Made by a program: the position numbers and the translations under genes. A stretch of DNA of 64,000 bases from Felis catus. Lineage: Eukaryota. How positions within the stretch are numbered: the stretch's first letter is position 1; each line of letters opens with the position of its first letter. The stretch spans positions 8,682,001-8,746,000 of the forward strand of contig NC_058383.1 in assembly GCF_018350175.1 (NCBI RefSeq). The letters run 5' to 3'. Of this stretch, positions 11,311-22,924 are shown piece by piece. Under the pieces are notes generated by a model, which was not told the DNA's origin, made no database searches, and worked only from the letters and a program-made list of their open reading frames with translations.

Positions 11311-11613
11311 ACAGGACACACTTCGGGGAGCGTCTGCTTCAGGAACGAAGGCTAACATTAGCAGAGACCGGAGGCCCTCCGAGATCTGGCCTCTGACCAG
11401 CTTCCTGCCTGCATTTAGCAGACATCGCGCTCAGGCTGAACCACCCGTAGGTTCCTCGGCATTGCCATCCTCTTCCCGGCCTGTGCGCCTGCACAGGTGA
11501 CCTTCTGTATGGACCAGCTCCCGCCTCCCTGGCTGCCACCTGCCTCTTCCCTCACTTCTGCTGGTCGTTTGTGACTCGGTTCAGGTAGTATCTGTCTCAG
11601 AAATCTGTTCGGA

Positions 11614-11772
11614 GGGGCGCCTGGGTGACTCAGTCGGTTGTGTCCGACTTTGGCTCAGGTCTTGATCTCGTGCTTCGTGGGTTCGAGCCCCGCATCGGGC
11701 TCTCTGCTCCCAGTGCAGAGCCTGCTTAGGATACTCTGTCCCCCACTCATTCTTTTTCAGCAATAAATAAAA

Positions 11773-11804
<32 letters not shown>
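11614..11804 (+). mobile_element. CAN-SINE with a T-expanded tail
   Basis: ggggcgcctgggtgactcagtcgg...aataaataaaacc followed by about 30 T. Confidence 0.9.
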
Positions 11805-11808
<4 letters not shown>

Positions 11809-11869
11809 GAACTCTGTCTGGAGCCTCCCGGCCTCACTGCTAACCAACCCCCCCACCCCCACCCCGCCT

Positions 11870-12000
11870 GTTGGGTTTTCCACCTCTGCACTTGTGAGTT
11901 GCTGGTGTGGACTCCTCAGATGGGGCCATTTTACTCATCTCTGTGTTCCCAGCACGCGGGCACCGCGGAGATGTTTGCTGGGTGGTTAAATAAATGGGCA
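11870..12000 (+). mobile_element. L2 3' end fragment
   Basis: ctcctcagatggggccattttactcatctctgtgttcccagcac...atgtttgctgg. Confidence 0.45.
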
Positions 12001-12778
12001 AACCCTGTCCTTGGGGCACGATGCCCATTTCCAGCTGGGCCGCCTGGTCTCCATGTGTGAGGAGGTGGGAGGGTGGGGGCAGTGCCTCGGGGCTTCCTGG
12101 CTTCCTGCGGTTCTGGAAGGTGCAATAGGGGCTCCCCAGTCATTTCCTCTTCCCCTGCCCCCACACCCCCCAGCTCACTGATTGATTGATGTTTGGAAAT
12201 TGTGACCCATCTTGTTAGAGAAGGAAAAGGGAATTTTACCCTCCTCGTTCCCCCTCCCTTTCAAATAAGCGAGAAATAAACACGGCCGCCATCCCACTTG
12301 GTGCAATACGAAACATTTTTAAATGCATTTCTGGTTTTCATAATTGGTAGCTTCTCGTCGAAGGGTGCTTATTAGGAGAAAAATCTTCCCGGTGTGTTCG
12401 TTGTCGGCCTCCTTGTCTGTGGAATCGTAAAGCGAGTTGGTGTGGGAATCGGCCCTCCCTCTTTTTTAAAGGTATTTGTGGCAATTCACGTGTCACCGGT
12501 GCGGCGTTAAAAGTTAAAGCCACTTCTCTTTTAGTAAGAAATGTGAGGTGTACCCCTGCCGCCTTCAGAGTTTCAAAATGAGTTCGCTAGGGGGGTGAGT
12601 AATGATGTGTTAAGCTGGTTTATTAAATGTGAAAGAATAAGATGTTCTAGGTTGACATCATGTACCAAATATAGATAAGGCCTGGATCAGCTGGGCTCTC
12701 GGCCTGGGGCTCATCCCGGTGCCAAACAGTTGAATCTGGTGATGTCTGTTTTGTGTCATGACAGTGGCGACTGGAGGC

Positions 12779-12805
12779 GGGGGGGGGTGGGGGGGGGGCG
12801 GGGGG
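12779..12805 (+). repeat. G-rich tract (G9-T-G10-C-G6), G-quadruplex-capable
   Basis: Direct reading of the sequence. Confidence 0.8.
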
Positions 12806-13295
12806 CACCACCCCGGCTCTCCAGAGCCTTCTCCTGGGAACCCCAAAAAAAGGCGTTGGCTCACTTCTCACGTAATAGCGGAGCTGGAGCTTGGCGTTGT
12901 GCGTCAGCCTTTGATTCTCTGCGTGTTCAGCACTTCTGGAGGGTTTTAGGCTCTTGCTTCCAGAAAACCGACCAATGAGGTCAACGTCTTTTCACATCCT
13001 AACTTCAGCGAAGGGTTGTTATGCTAGTTTTATCATCACCATCCTTATTATTTGCCGGGCGTAACACTTGCCACCTTAGGTTCCTTTATGTGTTACCGAA
13101 CGTAACGTGCCTGAAACGGCCTGACCGTGCAGGTGCCATGCTGTCACCCCTGGAGGGCGAGGACGCTGCGGCCTAGAGGGACTCTGGGACACACTCATGG
13201 CTCCACGGCCCTCAGGCTTCCTGACGCCGGTGCCCGAGGTCTTCCCAAGTAAGAAACCCGTCACACAGAAGTAACTGTTGTGGGGAAGCTGTTTA

Positions 13296-13509
13296 TTTAA
13301 AAAAAAAATTTTTTTAACGTTTATTTATTTTTGAGACAGAGCATGAGCGGGGGAGGGGCAGAGGGAGAGGGAGACACAGAATCCGAAACAGGCTCCGGGC
13401 TTTGAGCGGTCAGCCCAAGAGCCCGACGCGGGGCTCGAACTCACGGACCGCGAGATCGTGACCTGAGCCGAAGTCGGCCGCTTAACCGACTGAGCCACCC
13501 AGGCGCCCC
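13296..13509 (-). mobile_element. CAN-SINE with 15-bp TSD
   Basis: TSD tggggaagctgttta at 13281-13295 and 13511-13525; CpG-intact body. Confidence 0.97.
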
Positions 13510-13649
13510 ATGGGGAAGCTGTTTAAATGCAGGATTGGGGGCTGGGGGGGTGGTCCTGGCTGTGCCGCCGCTACGAAGCCGTGAGGGAAAAGGAACGTGT
13601 CGCTTCTCAACGACGACAGTAGCAGACGTTCGCCACTTACCTTCGCCAC

Positions 13650-13755
13650 AGGGAACGCTTTACATTTATTCCCTTCATGAGTATCTCCAACTGCCTCTGA
13701 GGCCAGCAGAGCAGCATACCTGTTTCATAGATGGAGAAACTGAGGCGCTCGCCCA
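13650..13755 (-). mobile_element. MIR fragment
   Basis: gctttacatttattccc...tttcatagatggagaaactgaggc is the MIR core in antisense. Confidence 0.65.
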
Positions 13756-14499
13756 GGCCTGCCACCTGCTGCTCACCTCCACAGCCTGGCGTCTCAGAGA
13801 ACACGCAGTGGGGGCCCCTCTCCCACCCGGACACGGTCCCCGTCCTTACTCCTGGGTCCCCTCTGGCCAGGGACAGACAGCTGGGTCGGCCTGCGGGGGA
13901 GGCCGAGGGAGCAGGCCCCAGGCTCGGACCCTGAGGGCTCGGGGCTGCCCACAGGAGGCCGACTGTGCCAGAGCCGAGAGTCACGACTTAACCTCTGCCC
14001 TAAAGCATCCGTTCCTTCTCCAGCCTTGTTTCTAGAGTCGAACAGAAAAGAGCAGCGTGGGAGGAGGGGGAGTCCCCACCGCCATGTCCGCACCCCTCGC
14101 AGAAGGGACAGAGCGCACCGGCCACGGCTGACGTGAGAATCGCGGTGTCCTGGTCGCCCCGCGCCCTCGGCGACGCCAGGCTTAGGTCATTTCCATTTCT
14201 GTATCAGGAACGGCCTTTTGCAGATAACTGGTTATATTTATCACCAGCTAACTTATCGGCATGTGACGCCAGATACTCTAGAGTTTGTAACCTGACTCGT
14301 GAAAGAATAGATAGTTCGTGACTCAGTGGGTTAAGTAGATCAGTTGGAGCAAATCGAGTGGGGTATGGACTCAGCTTCTTCTGGAAAACTTCGTGGGATG
14401 GCCTTAAGGGGATTGTCAGACCTTTCTGAAGACAGTTCCCTTGCAAACGATACTCCACTGACCCACCAAACCTATTTTTTGAGACTCCGTCCTCAGAAT

Positions 14500-14990
14500 C
14501 AGAAATGTGGCCCAAGCTTTATGAACAACAATGTTTGTTATTGTGTTATTTGTAACACTAATAAGCCGGGAACAGCCTCCTGTTCAGTGTAGGAGGTCGG
14601 TAAATTGTGTTAAAATCCGTTCATTGAAATGGATGTAACTGATCCTGTTTTTCCAAGAATATTTAGTAATGTGGAAAATGACCACGATCTAACCCAAAGC
14701 AAGAACTATAGAAGCTGCGTCACCTTAGTTTTATGAGAGAAAAATATGCAAAAATATAAACAGAACACGAGCACATGCAAATGCCCATTACATAAACACA
14801 AGGGCTGGTGCGCATAAGTACGTAGAAAAAAGAAGGGAAGAAAATAGTCTTCGCGGGGCTTATTTCTGGATGGTGTGAGATTGTTTGATTTCTAAAAAAT
14901 TTCTTTGTGAGGCCTTTCTATATTTTTCAAATTTTCTATAGTGAGAACGTCATTACTTGATAATTTGAAAATAGTAAGAAAATGCTGAAC
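14500..14990 (+). mobile_element. Ancient L1ME-like 3' fragment
   Basis: aatgtttgttattgtgttatttgtaa...aagaatatttagtaatgtggaaaatg...ctttctatatttttcaaattttctatagtgag...cattactt. Confidence 0.6.
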
Positions 14991-15074
14991 TTTGCAACAA
15001 GAAAAGAGACTTTTTGGAAGGCTCTGGCACTTACGAAGCCATCTACCAGGCCTTGTTAAGTGGGAAATGGGTTA

Positions 15075-15260
15075 GGGCCAGGATCCCGGCCTGCCATTTA
15101 CTCGTTCTCGTCCCCAAGAGAGTCACTGAACCTCTAAACCTCAGTGTCCTTGTCCGTAAAATGAGACACTTCTGGCACCGTCCTTTGAAGTTGGTTGCCA
15201 TGATTAAGTGGGACGAGGTGCTTGAGCCCCCGGGTGGCACACAGGTCCGGAACACCCGCT
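15075..15260 (+). mobile_element. MIR
   Basis: atcccggcctgccatttact...agtcactgaacctctaaacctcagtgtccttgtccgtaaaatgag...gattaagtggga. Confidence 0.7.
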
Positions 15261-15587
15261 ACAATTAACTCACACGATTGTTGTTGTGGTTAAAGTCGCA
15301 GCCTGGAGATGGGGGAATGGGATGTGGTGTGGCCGGGGCCTCCCTGAGAGCCGGCGGAGAGGGCCTGGGCTGAGGCCCGAGCCAGGTTCGAGGACACTGA
15401 GGAGGAGGAAGTATCTAGAGAACTTGGTTCAGTGGGAGGGATGATCAAAAGGGATCTGGGGTGGCACTGAGATTTTAACTGGGGCATCTGTCCAACGGGG
15501 AACTTTTTTCACATCATAGGGAGATGATGCCTTTACTTTAAGGAGAAACGGACTTTTTCCCCTTTTTTTCCAGTGTTCACCTCATCT

Positions 15588-15590
<3 letters not shown>

Positions 15591-15678
<88 letters not shown>
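15591..15678 (+). repeat. Compound microsatellite (TG)21(AG)23
   Basis: Direct reading of the sequence. Confidence 0.97.
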
Positions 15679-15682
<4 letters not shown>

Positions 15683-16674
15683 GAAGGTGCGTGGTTACAC
15701 CAGGAGTTTTTGCCTGGCATCACCATTGCTGAGTTGTCTGCCTTTGGTCACCTCGGCCCGTTGGATGTGCCTTTTTACCCCATCCCGTCGGAGAAGAATC
15801 CAATTCTCTTCTCCCAAGCGTCATGCTTTTCCTCTCGTTCCTTCTAGGGCAGACCAGAGGGTGCTCCCGTTTGCCTGGGCACCGAGGGGTTCTTTCTGTT
15901 CTTTAGAGCAGCGTGAGGAAACCAGGGCGCCCAAGTCGAGCTCCCTAATTATTTCTGTTGAAACCGATTATACTGAGGGTGGAGGCACGTTGCCTTTAAT
16001 TTCTTTGTGTGCGTGTAGTCTTTTGCCCCCTCACAAGACGTGTATTCTTTGCTTTCTTGTTTGTTCCTGCTCGATTTGGGGAGGCTGCTGTTTTCATTGC
16101 CTAATTAATGGGGAAGTGTTCTGTTGAGGATTTTATCATGGGCCTGTTCTCTGTTTGAACATGGTACAACCTGTGGACCCTTTAAAACATAGTTATGTGC
16201 TTGACTCTTTATAGGGCAATAACTAGATTAATTCTGCAATGCTTTTCAGAATGCCATTGTTCATTTTAAAAGAATAGGTCGGCTGTTTTAATAAGACACG
16301 AATGTCATCAAGACGCCTTAAATTGGCATGCTTGCTTTATAATAGCATAGTCCCTTAAGATGAATTGTAGGGAATGTTTTATGGCTGCCGGGTTGTTCGA
16401 GGCGGCCCCGGCCACATGCTGCTCCTGCCCTCAACCACAGTTACCGTGTTGACCCTAACGTTCTTTCCCGTTCACGTTCACGAGCGTTTTTAGCCTATGG
16501 CGAGGTGCCTTGTGTTTGTCTTGCCCCACTCCACGTTTCGCTAATGAGATTCATTTTGTAAAAGGAGAATTGAAAATTAATTGGATGATTAATTGCAAGA
16601 TTCTTATTCTTAACCAGGGGAAGTCGTAGATGTCCTGGCTTCCGATAAGATGCATAATAAGCCCTTGAAATACG

Positions 16675-16725
16675 TTTTTTATTTTTTAGTTTTTAATTTT
16701 TGAGGGAGCTGGGGAGAGGAGCAGA

Positions 16726-16763
<38 letters not shown>

Positions 16764-16872
16764 CCGAATCCGTGGGGAAGCCTGACACGGGGCTCAATCC
16801 CGCGACCCTGGGATCGTGATCTGAGCCGAAATCGAGTCGGACGCTCAACTGACTGAGCCACCCCGGCGCCCC
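16675..16872 (-). mobile_element. CAN-SINE (older variant)
   Basis: (GA)n, gggctcaatcccgcgaccctgggatcgtgatctgagccgaaatc...ggcgcccc. Confidence 0.92.
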
Positions 16873-17259
16873 TGTCTGTTATTTTTAAGAGCATGATCAT
16901 GTAAAGAGAATTCAGTGAGCTGGACGATATATTTTTTTTTTTTTCTGTGCATTTGCTACGACTCTAATTCCATTGTAGGGCAGACAGTGTGTTGTTGTAA
17001 CAGAGCAGAGTGTATGGAGTCAGGAGATGCCCTCCACCCCGTGTCTGCTAAAGGTCCCTTATTTGTCAACCATTGTGCCCTGTGGAAAAAGGTGAGTTTG
17101 ACCAGGGCCTTTCTGTGCAATGTAGGCCGAGCCTTGGGAGTGGTTGGATGTAGGGGTGCAGGAGGAGGGATCAGGGGAGGGAGGAGGACTAGTGAGAGCC
17201 TTGCAAGATGCCACCAGGCAGAGCCACGCAGTAGACAGGCTGGCCTTCTGTTCCGGGTG

Positions 17260-17495
17260 TTGATGTGGGAACCCTTGATCCGGAGACAGGTCCCACCTCC
17301 GTGTCCCGTGTCACTTCTGGCAGCGTGACCGCGGGACAGTCGTTGAACCTCGAATCCTTGGTTTTTCTCTGTCTGTAAAGTAGACATAAAAAGAACTCCC
17401 CTACAACATTGCTGCGAGGGTTGAACAAGCTTAACGCACATGAAAATGCTTTATAAGTTGTTAAACTAACTATAAATATTGCTCGTTATTGTTAC
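17260..17495 (+). mobile_element. MIR/MIR3
   Basis: gtgaccgcgggacagtcgttgaacctc...tctctgtctgtaaagtag...ttgctgcgagggttgaa...tgaaaatgcttt. Confidence 0.65.
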
Positions 17496-17877
17496 AATCA
17501 TTCTTCTGTTAAAATATCATTGGCCCAAGCCGTTTGGGAAGCCTTGCGCGCCACAGCCCCACATGGAGGTTTGCAGGGCATATTATTATCTGTTTGTTCG
17601 CTCCGTCACAATATTGATTAGTATTCACACAACTAAAGCAGTATGTTTTAAAAAGCAGCCAGGAGCAGCCATTCTTTGACGTGTTCTACAGCCATCAAAA
17701 ATTATGTTTGCAGAGAGAGTTTGTAATGTCTGGGCAGGCTTCAACAAAACAAGCAGCTTAGAAAGTCCGTACAGCAGATTATTACAATTATAAAAGAAAC
17801 AGGCAGAAGAGATGCACCGTTCTGTGCCGGAATGGGGAGTGAGTGCCTTGGGGGAGGAACTTAGAGTAATTTTTCTT

Positions 17878-17957
17878 CCTCCTCCTCCTCCTCCTCCTCC
17901 TCCTCCTCCTCCTCCTCCTCCTCCTCCTCTTCTTCTACTTCTTCTTCTTCTTCTTCT
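17878..17957 (+). repeat. (CCT)n(CTT)n trinucleotide microsatellite in a SINE tail
   Basis: About 17 CCT units followed by imperfect CTT units. Confidence 0.95.
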
Positions 17958-18152
17958 TTTAAATGTTTGTTTATTTTTGAGAGAGAGTGTGAGCAGGGAA
18001 GGGGCAGAGAAAGAAGGAGACAGAGAATCCAAAACAGGCTCTGTGCTGACAGCAGAGAGCCCAACATGGGGCTCGAAACCCACGAACCGTGAGATCACGA
18101 CGTGAGCCGAAGTCGGACGCTCAACCAACCGACTGAGCCACCCAGGCGCCCC
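17958..18152 (-). mobile_element. CAN-SINE
   Basis: SINE body ending caggcgcccc; TSD aatttttcttc at 17868-17878 and 18154-18164 encloses the microsatellite. Confidence 0.95.
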
Positions 18153-18167
18153 AAATTTTTCTTCTTC

Positions 18168-18240
18168 ATTAATACTTTTCTATTATTATATATTATATTA
18201 TTATATTATATTATATATTAGTAATATATTATATATATTA
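18168..18240. repeat. AT-rich low-complexity (TAT/TA)n tract
   Basis: Direct reading of the sequence. Confidence 0.85.
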
Positions 18241-18479
18241 CTTCTGTAATCAGGAAACAAACGAATTAACAACAGCAGCCCTACGCTCTCCCCCCCAACA
18301 GCACACGGCTGGGAAATAGAAGTCCGAAGAACTGAAAGAACACACGTTGGTCTCATCTTGTTCATATTTTCCTGTATTCGTCTTGCCTGAAAAAACCCCG
18401 TTTCCATCTGGCAGTAAAAACTTAAATGTGACTGCACAGAAACGGCGGGAACAAAACCAAAATGTCCCTGAGCAGAGTC

Positions 18480-18960
18480 TCAAATTGCTCTGCCCTTTTG
18501 GGATCTCCTGTTTACGTTTTTTGATCATGAAATTTGATCTCGATTTCAGCTAAAGCTTATTGTGTATTCATCTAACATTTGCGCGTAGTGGATGTTTTTA
18601 GCAGCCCGCGGAGACCGAAGATAACAAATTGTCGTTTATCTTCTCTGTTGTCCTCGTGCGCCATGGATTCTGGTTTGCAGGCGCACGTAAATGGATGTTT
18701 TCATGTGTGCCCCGTCATGCCTAAGAGGGTGGCACCAGCGTGCCGGATATTCTTTTCTGGACAAGTGGATTTCTCCAGGGCTTTCGGGGTTCTGGGCTTC
18801 TTCCCTTCGTTCCGAGGAATAGTTCTCTTACCATATTTATCAATCTCAGATTTCTGATTTGGCCCGAAAGCACTTGCTCTTTCGGTCTGGCTGTCATCTG
18901 TGCCTTTTCCCTGTGTTTGTGGTGTCCCCGTGTGCCCCTTCTGGGACTCTTGTCCTTGCC
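18480..18960 (-). mobile_element. Ancient L1ME-like fragment
   Basis: T-rich sequence with aaattgctctgccc..., ggattctggttt...tcatgcctaagagg..., ccatatttatc resembling antisense L1M; very diverged. Confidence 0.4.
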
Positions 18961-19479
18961 TGAGCTGTGGTCATCTGTGCCTTCTGGTCCTCTCTGCTGA
19001 CACTTGCTCTGTGGTCGACCCTCCAGCGTCTCCGAAACCGTCCCCTCTCCCCTGTGTGTGGACAGCCGATATTTTGCTGCTAATCAGGTGGAGGAAGAAT
19101 CATGTTGGTGAATCGTTCACCCATCCACGCGTTTGCTCGCCTGCTCGGTGCCTGTCCGAGACGGGGCTCCCACGCTGTGAGCCGGTGTGGACGTGGTGAA
19201 CGAGACAGACCCAGATCCCGCCCCCTGTGTTGGACTCGGTAGTTCATCCCTGTGTCTGGGGATCGGCTTTCAGTCCTTCTTCTTTCCTCTTCTCTCTCTT
19301 GAGAGGGGGTTGTTGCTGGTTCGTGGGCTGGACCTCGGGCGGAGGGCATTACGCGGAAGAAAGGGGAAGTGCAGGGTTGGGGACGGAGCAGGAGACCTGA
19401 GTCTAGTCCCACTTGGGTCACTAACTTGCCGATTCCCCACTGATGGGGCTAGTAACCACGGCAAAGCCAGTCCTTTATT

Positions 19480-19640
19480 ACCAACTAGCACAGGCCCTTC
19501 CTGTAGTTTTACTGCCTCTTCTCACCTGTGGTGTAAGTTGGCCATTTTTGTCCCAATTCCACATGCAAAGGACTTGAAGTTCAGGGACACCCATGAAATG
19601 GTAGAGCAGGAATCTGGATCCAGGTTTGGGGACTGAGGAC
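19480..19640 (-). mobile_element. MIR fragment
   Basis: cctgtggtgtaagttggccatttttgtcccaattccacatg...tggtagagcaggaatctggatccaggttt. Confidence 0.5.
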
Positions 19641-19857
19641 TACCCGCCCTCCCCCCCCCACCCCCTTGCTCCAAACAGCCGATCGGCCCGAGGGATTATT
19701 TCCCTAAGTCTGTTCCAGATGGGTTGTAGATGGCATTCTCGGGAGAAAAGCCTTCGTGACCAGGTTGCTTTGGGCAACACCGCACTCCGAAGTTCCAGGC
19801 TCCGATGGCGCTAATCTTTCGCTTGGTGTTTTGTCCATTTGCCTAGAGGTCGGGGAA

Positions 19858-20050
19858 GCAGCACGCGGCCGTGGTTAAAGAGGGCAGGGGTGGGGAGCCA
19901 GACCCCCTGGCTGTGGATTGTGGCCCCAGCACTTTCCTTAGGCAGCCACTTCCACTGTCTTTGAAGACCTTGCCTCACTGGCTTGTTAGGAGAAGCAGCT
20001 GAGGTCACACAAGTGAAATACTCAGACCAGGACCTGGCCTGTGCTAAGCG
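19858..20050 (+). mobile_element. MIR
   Basis: gtggttaaagagggcag...ggagccagacccc...ccttaggca...acctggcctgtgctaagcg. Confidence 0.6.

Positions 20051-20052
<2 letters not shown>

Positions 20053-20096
<44 letters not shown>
20053..20096 (+). repeat. (GT)22 microsatellite
   Basis: Direct reading of the sequence. Confidence 0.97.
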
Positions 20097-20100
<4 letters not shown>

Positions 20101-20616
20101 TCGCTGTTGTTCTCACTGCCACTGCTGTTGCTGTTGGCTCAGGATGTAGAATGGTGTGCAGAACACATACACCTTCTGAGAAGCCCAAGAAAGAGAAGGC
20201 TAGCTTGCTTTGTCCAGAGTTTCCCATACTCTTCTGTCCGCCTCCTCTTTTGATCAGGAGTTCTAGAAGCCACAACTCCCAGAGACACATGTTGGAAATC
20301 CTGTTTTAAGTGGTTTTGCTGGTTTTGCACGGATCCCACATCAGCGAGCACACCTCAGTGCCTTCAGACCGTCCCCAGGCAGCGGAGTGTCGTGTTGGGG
20401 TTGGGAGGGGCCGCGGAGTCTGCCAGCCCACCCTGTCTGGTCGCAGGCCCCACATGGAGGACAGTTTCATTTGGCCCAGAGCAGAGAACATCTCTTTCTT
20501 ACAGGCCTGCAAATGAAATAGAAGAGATTGTGAAGCAAGCTTATCTCCACCAAATCACAGGGACCGGATTCATTCCAAGGAGCGGGGGTGGGGTGGGGGT
20601 GCTTTCCCTTCCCAAA

Positions 20617-20624
20617 GTGTGTGT

Positions 20625-20668
<44 letters not shown>
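20617..20668 (+). repeat. (GT)n microsatellite with one interruption
   Basis: Direct reading of the sequence. Confidence 0.97.
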
Positions 20669-20670
<2 letters not shown>

Positions 20671-21539
20671 TTTATTGGTGTTGATGCATTTGTGTTGAAT
20701 TTGATCGCGTGCACGCATAGGGTTTAACGGTAGGCGTGTGCGCGTGCACACGGGTTGATGGTGATCACGGATTCTGGCAGAGCCCTGACCGCCTTCGCCC
20801 TTTCACCTTTCATTCTGTGTCAAGCCTGGCTCTGACATCGACGAACCTTTTTCTAGTCAAACCGAAGAGTCGTTCCTGTGTTTTTGCCACGGCACGTGGT
20901 CAGGAATGGCAGGTCTTTGCACGAGGAATTGTACCTCCCGCAAATAGCGCGTGCTTAGGGTTGCTTTGCCGACTCAGCTTTGCAGATGTTGCCAAAAAAT
21001 ATCCCAAGGAGCAAAGCCGTGACACCCCCCCGAACCTGCGCAGTAGCCTGAACTCATCAGCCCGGGTTGCGGGTTCAGGAAGACGGGCATCAGTGCGGTG
21101 CCCACGGTGATTACACAGGGGGCCCTGATGAGCTATCAATTATAAATGGAATCTACGCAGAATACAACTTCAGTGCATCACTAAGGTGACCTATCTAAAC
21201 GAGATCTGTTGGGACATAATAAAAATGAGAGATTTAATCGTGTCGTAAGCCGTCTCAGCGTTTTGAAGTATTAGCGGTCTCGCGTCTCTGGGGAGAGGAT
21301 ACCTCTGCATTCTTTAAGCAGGGAAGATACCAGATAATTCTTCTAGCTGTTAACGTGTTCACAAATCGGAATCATCCCTTTCAAAAGTGTCCTTCCGAGG
21401 CCGTGAACGAGGACCTGTCTGTGACCGTCACCGTGAGAGGTCAGGGAGGAAGCGGATGCAACACCTGGTTTTACTGGGATGTTCTGGGCATCCACGAGGA
21501 CACAGACCAGGTCCCCCTGAGCACATAGCGCCGCGCCGC

Positions 21540-21770
21540 CCTGACATGAGGAACTGGCTCGCCTGGGTTTGCACTCCTCTCCCGCACTTTCACTGCACTG
21601 TGACTTGGGCACGTCACTGTGACTTGGGCACGTCACTGTGCCTTGGTGTCCCCATCTGAGAAAGGGAGGGACTGGGACACTGTTGCGAGCTTTCCGTGAG
21701 TTAACGCAGGTAAAGCATTTAGAAGAGAGGCTGGCACGGGGTAAGGGCAAGTAAAGCGTTGGTTACTGAT
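21540..21770 (+). mobile_element. MIR with an internal 19-bp tandem duplication
   Basis: cctgggtttg...ctgtgacttgggcacgtcact...gtccccatctgagaaaggg...gtaaagcatttagaagagaggctggcac. Confidence 0.75.
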
Positions 21771-22077
21771 GTGGTAGAGGCCGGACGAGGGAGCCGCGTC
21801 ACCCCGGCAACCAGAGGACGCCTTGAGGATGTGCGGAAGACGTACCACCTGCCGCTGTGAGTTGGGGCGAAGCCAGAAGCCCGGGAAGCACCCCTGTGTC
21901 TGGAGCCATGCGAGCTAGTTCTCGTGGGCTCGCAGGGTCGTCCATGCTGGGCACCGGGTGCACCGGGCCCAGAGCCAGCCCCCGCTTTGGGAGCACCGCG
22001 GTGCTGGGCAGGGGGCAGACCTGAAGACAGGCATGTGGTTTTACGGCATGCTATTTTAGAAAATACAGCATATTCAA

Positions 22078-22186
22078 GGGGCGCGGGGTGGCTTAGTGGG
22101 TTAAGCCTCCGACTCTTGGTTTTGGCTCAGGTCACGATCTCAGGGTTTGTGAGTTCGAGCCCCGAGTCGGGCTCCATGCTGGCAGT
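22078..22186 (+). mobile_element. 3'-truncated CAN-SINE followed by TA/TG low complexity
   Basis: ggggcgcggggtggcttagtgggttaagc...gttcgagccccgagtcgggctccatgctggcagt. Confidence 0.85.
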
Positions 22187-22924
22187 ATAGTATATAGTGT
22201 GTGTATATATATACACACAAATATTCTATTATGATGTGATGGGTGGCAGAATGGTATTAAAACCCCAAAATGAGAGACCAGTTCCAGTTGGAGGATCTGA
22301 GGATGGTTTGAGTGGATCCAGAGAAACTTCTTCGTAGAAGGACAAGACCACAGACTCTTTCGTGGGCATCTCCTCTGTGCTGGCCTCATGCCAGGATGTC
22401 CCCATCCATCCAAGAGGGACTTAATAAGCCCGTCCTGGCACCGATACCCAGCCCCACGACATGGGGCCCAGCTGCCTTCGGAAAGGGACCGTTTGAATCT
22501 TTTTCCACTTAACACATTTGCGACTTACCTAAGTGTCTTTTTCAAAGTCTAATAAAGCCTTAACAGCTTCTGAAACACCACAGTCTACCCGATACTAGTT
22601 GACAATTTGGATTCCGTCTCCAGTGGGAAAGATTCAAAACTGCGGGTTTTAGAAGCTTTTAAAAGCTTCTTGTTTGTGTAATGTTCGTTGAGCACAATTC
22701 TTTTGCAAATAATGGTCTGCAAATGCTTTAAAGAAATAAACTCCACTTGCTTAGCTGGGGCACATATCTGTCGATGGTAAAACCACAAGCACACATTCTA
22801 TTAGCTGAATTGTGTGTAATTAAGCCACATCCTCGGAATGATCCGCGCCATATGAAGGGACAATATGTGCAGCACACTTTCTGAAAAGATATGTAAAGGG
22901 TCCCCAGAAACAAATAATCAGAAT

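Noticed and set aside
15573..16127. ORF with CVCV/RERE runs
   Set aside because: Translation of the (TG)n(AG)n microsatellite.
17625..18128. Poly-Gly, poly-Pro and poly-Glu ORFs
   Set aside because: Frames of the (CCT)n(CTT)n repeat plus a SINE.
20490..20590. Protein-looking 'PANEIEEIVKQAYLHQIT' after tctctttcttacag
   Set aside because: No convincing donor downstream and no recognised homology.
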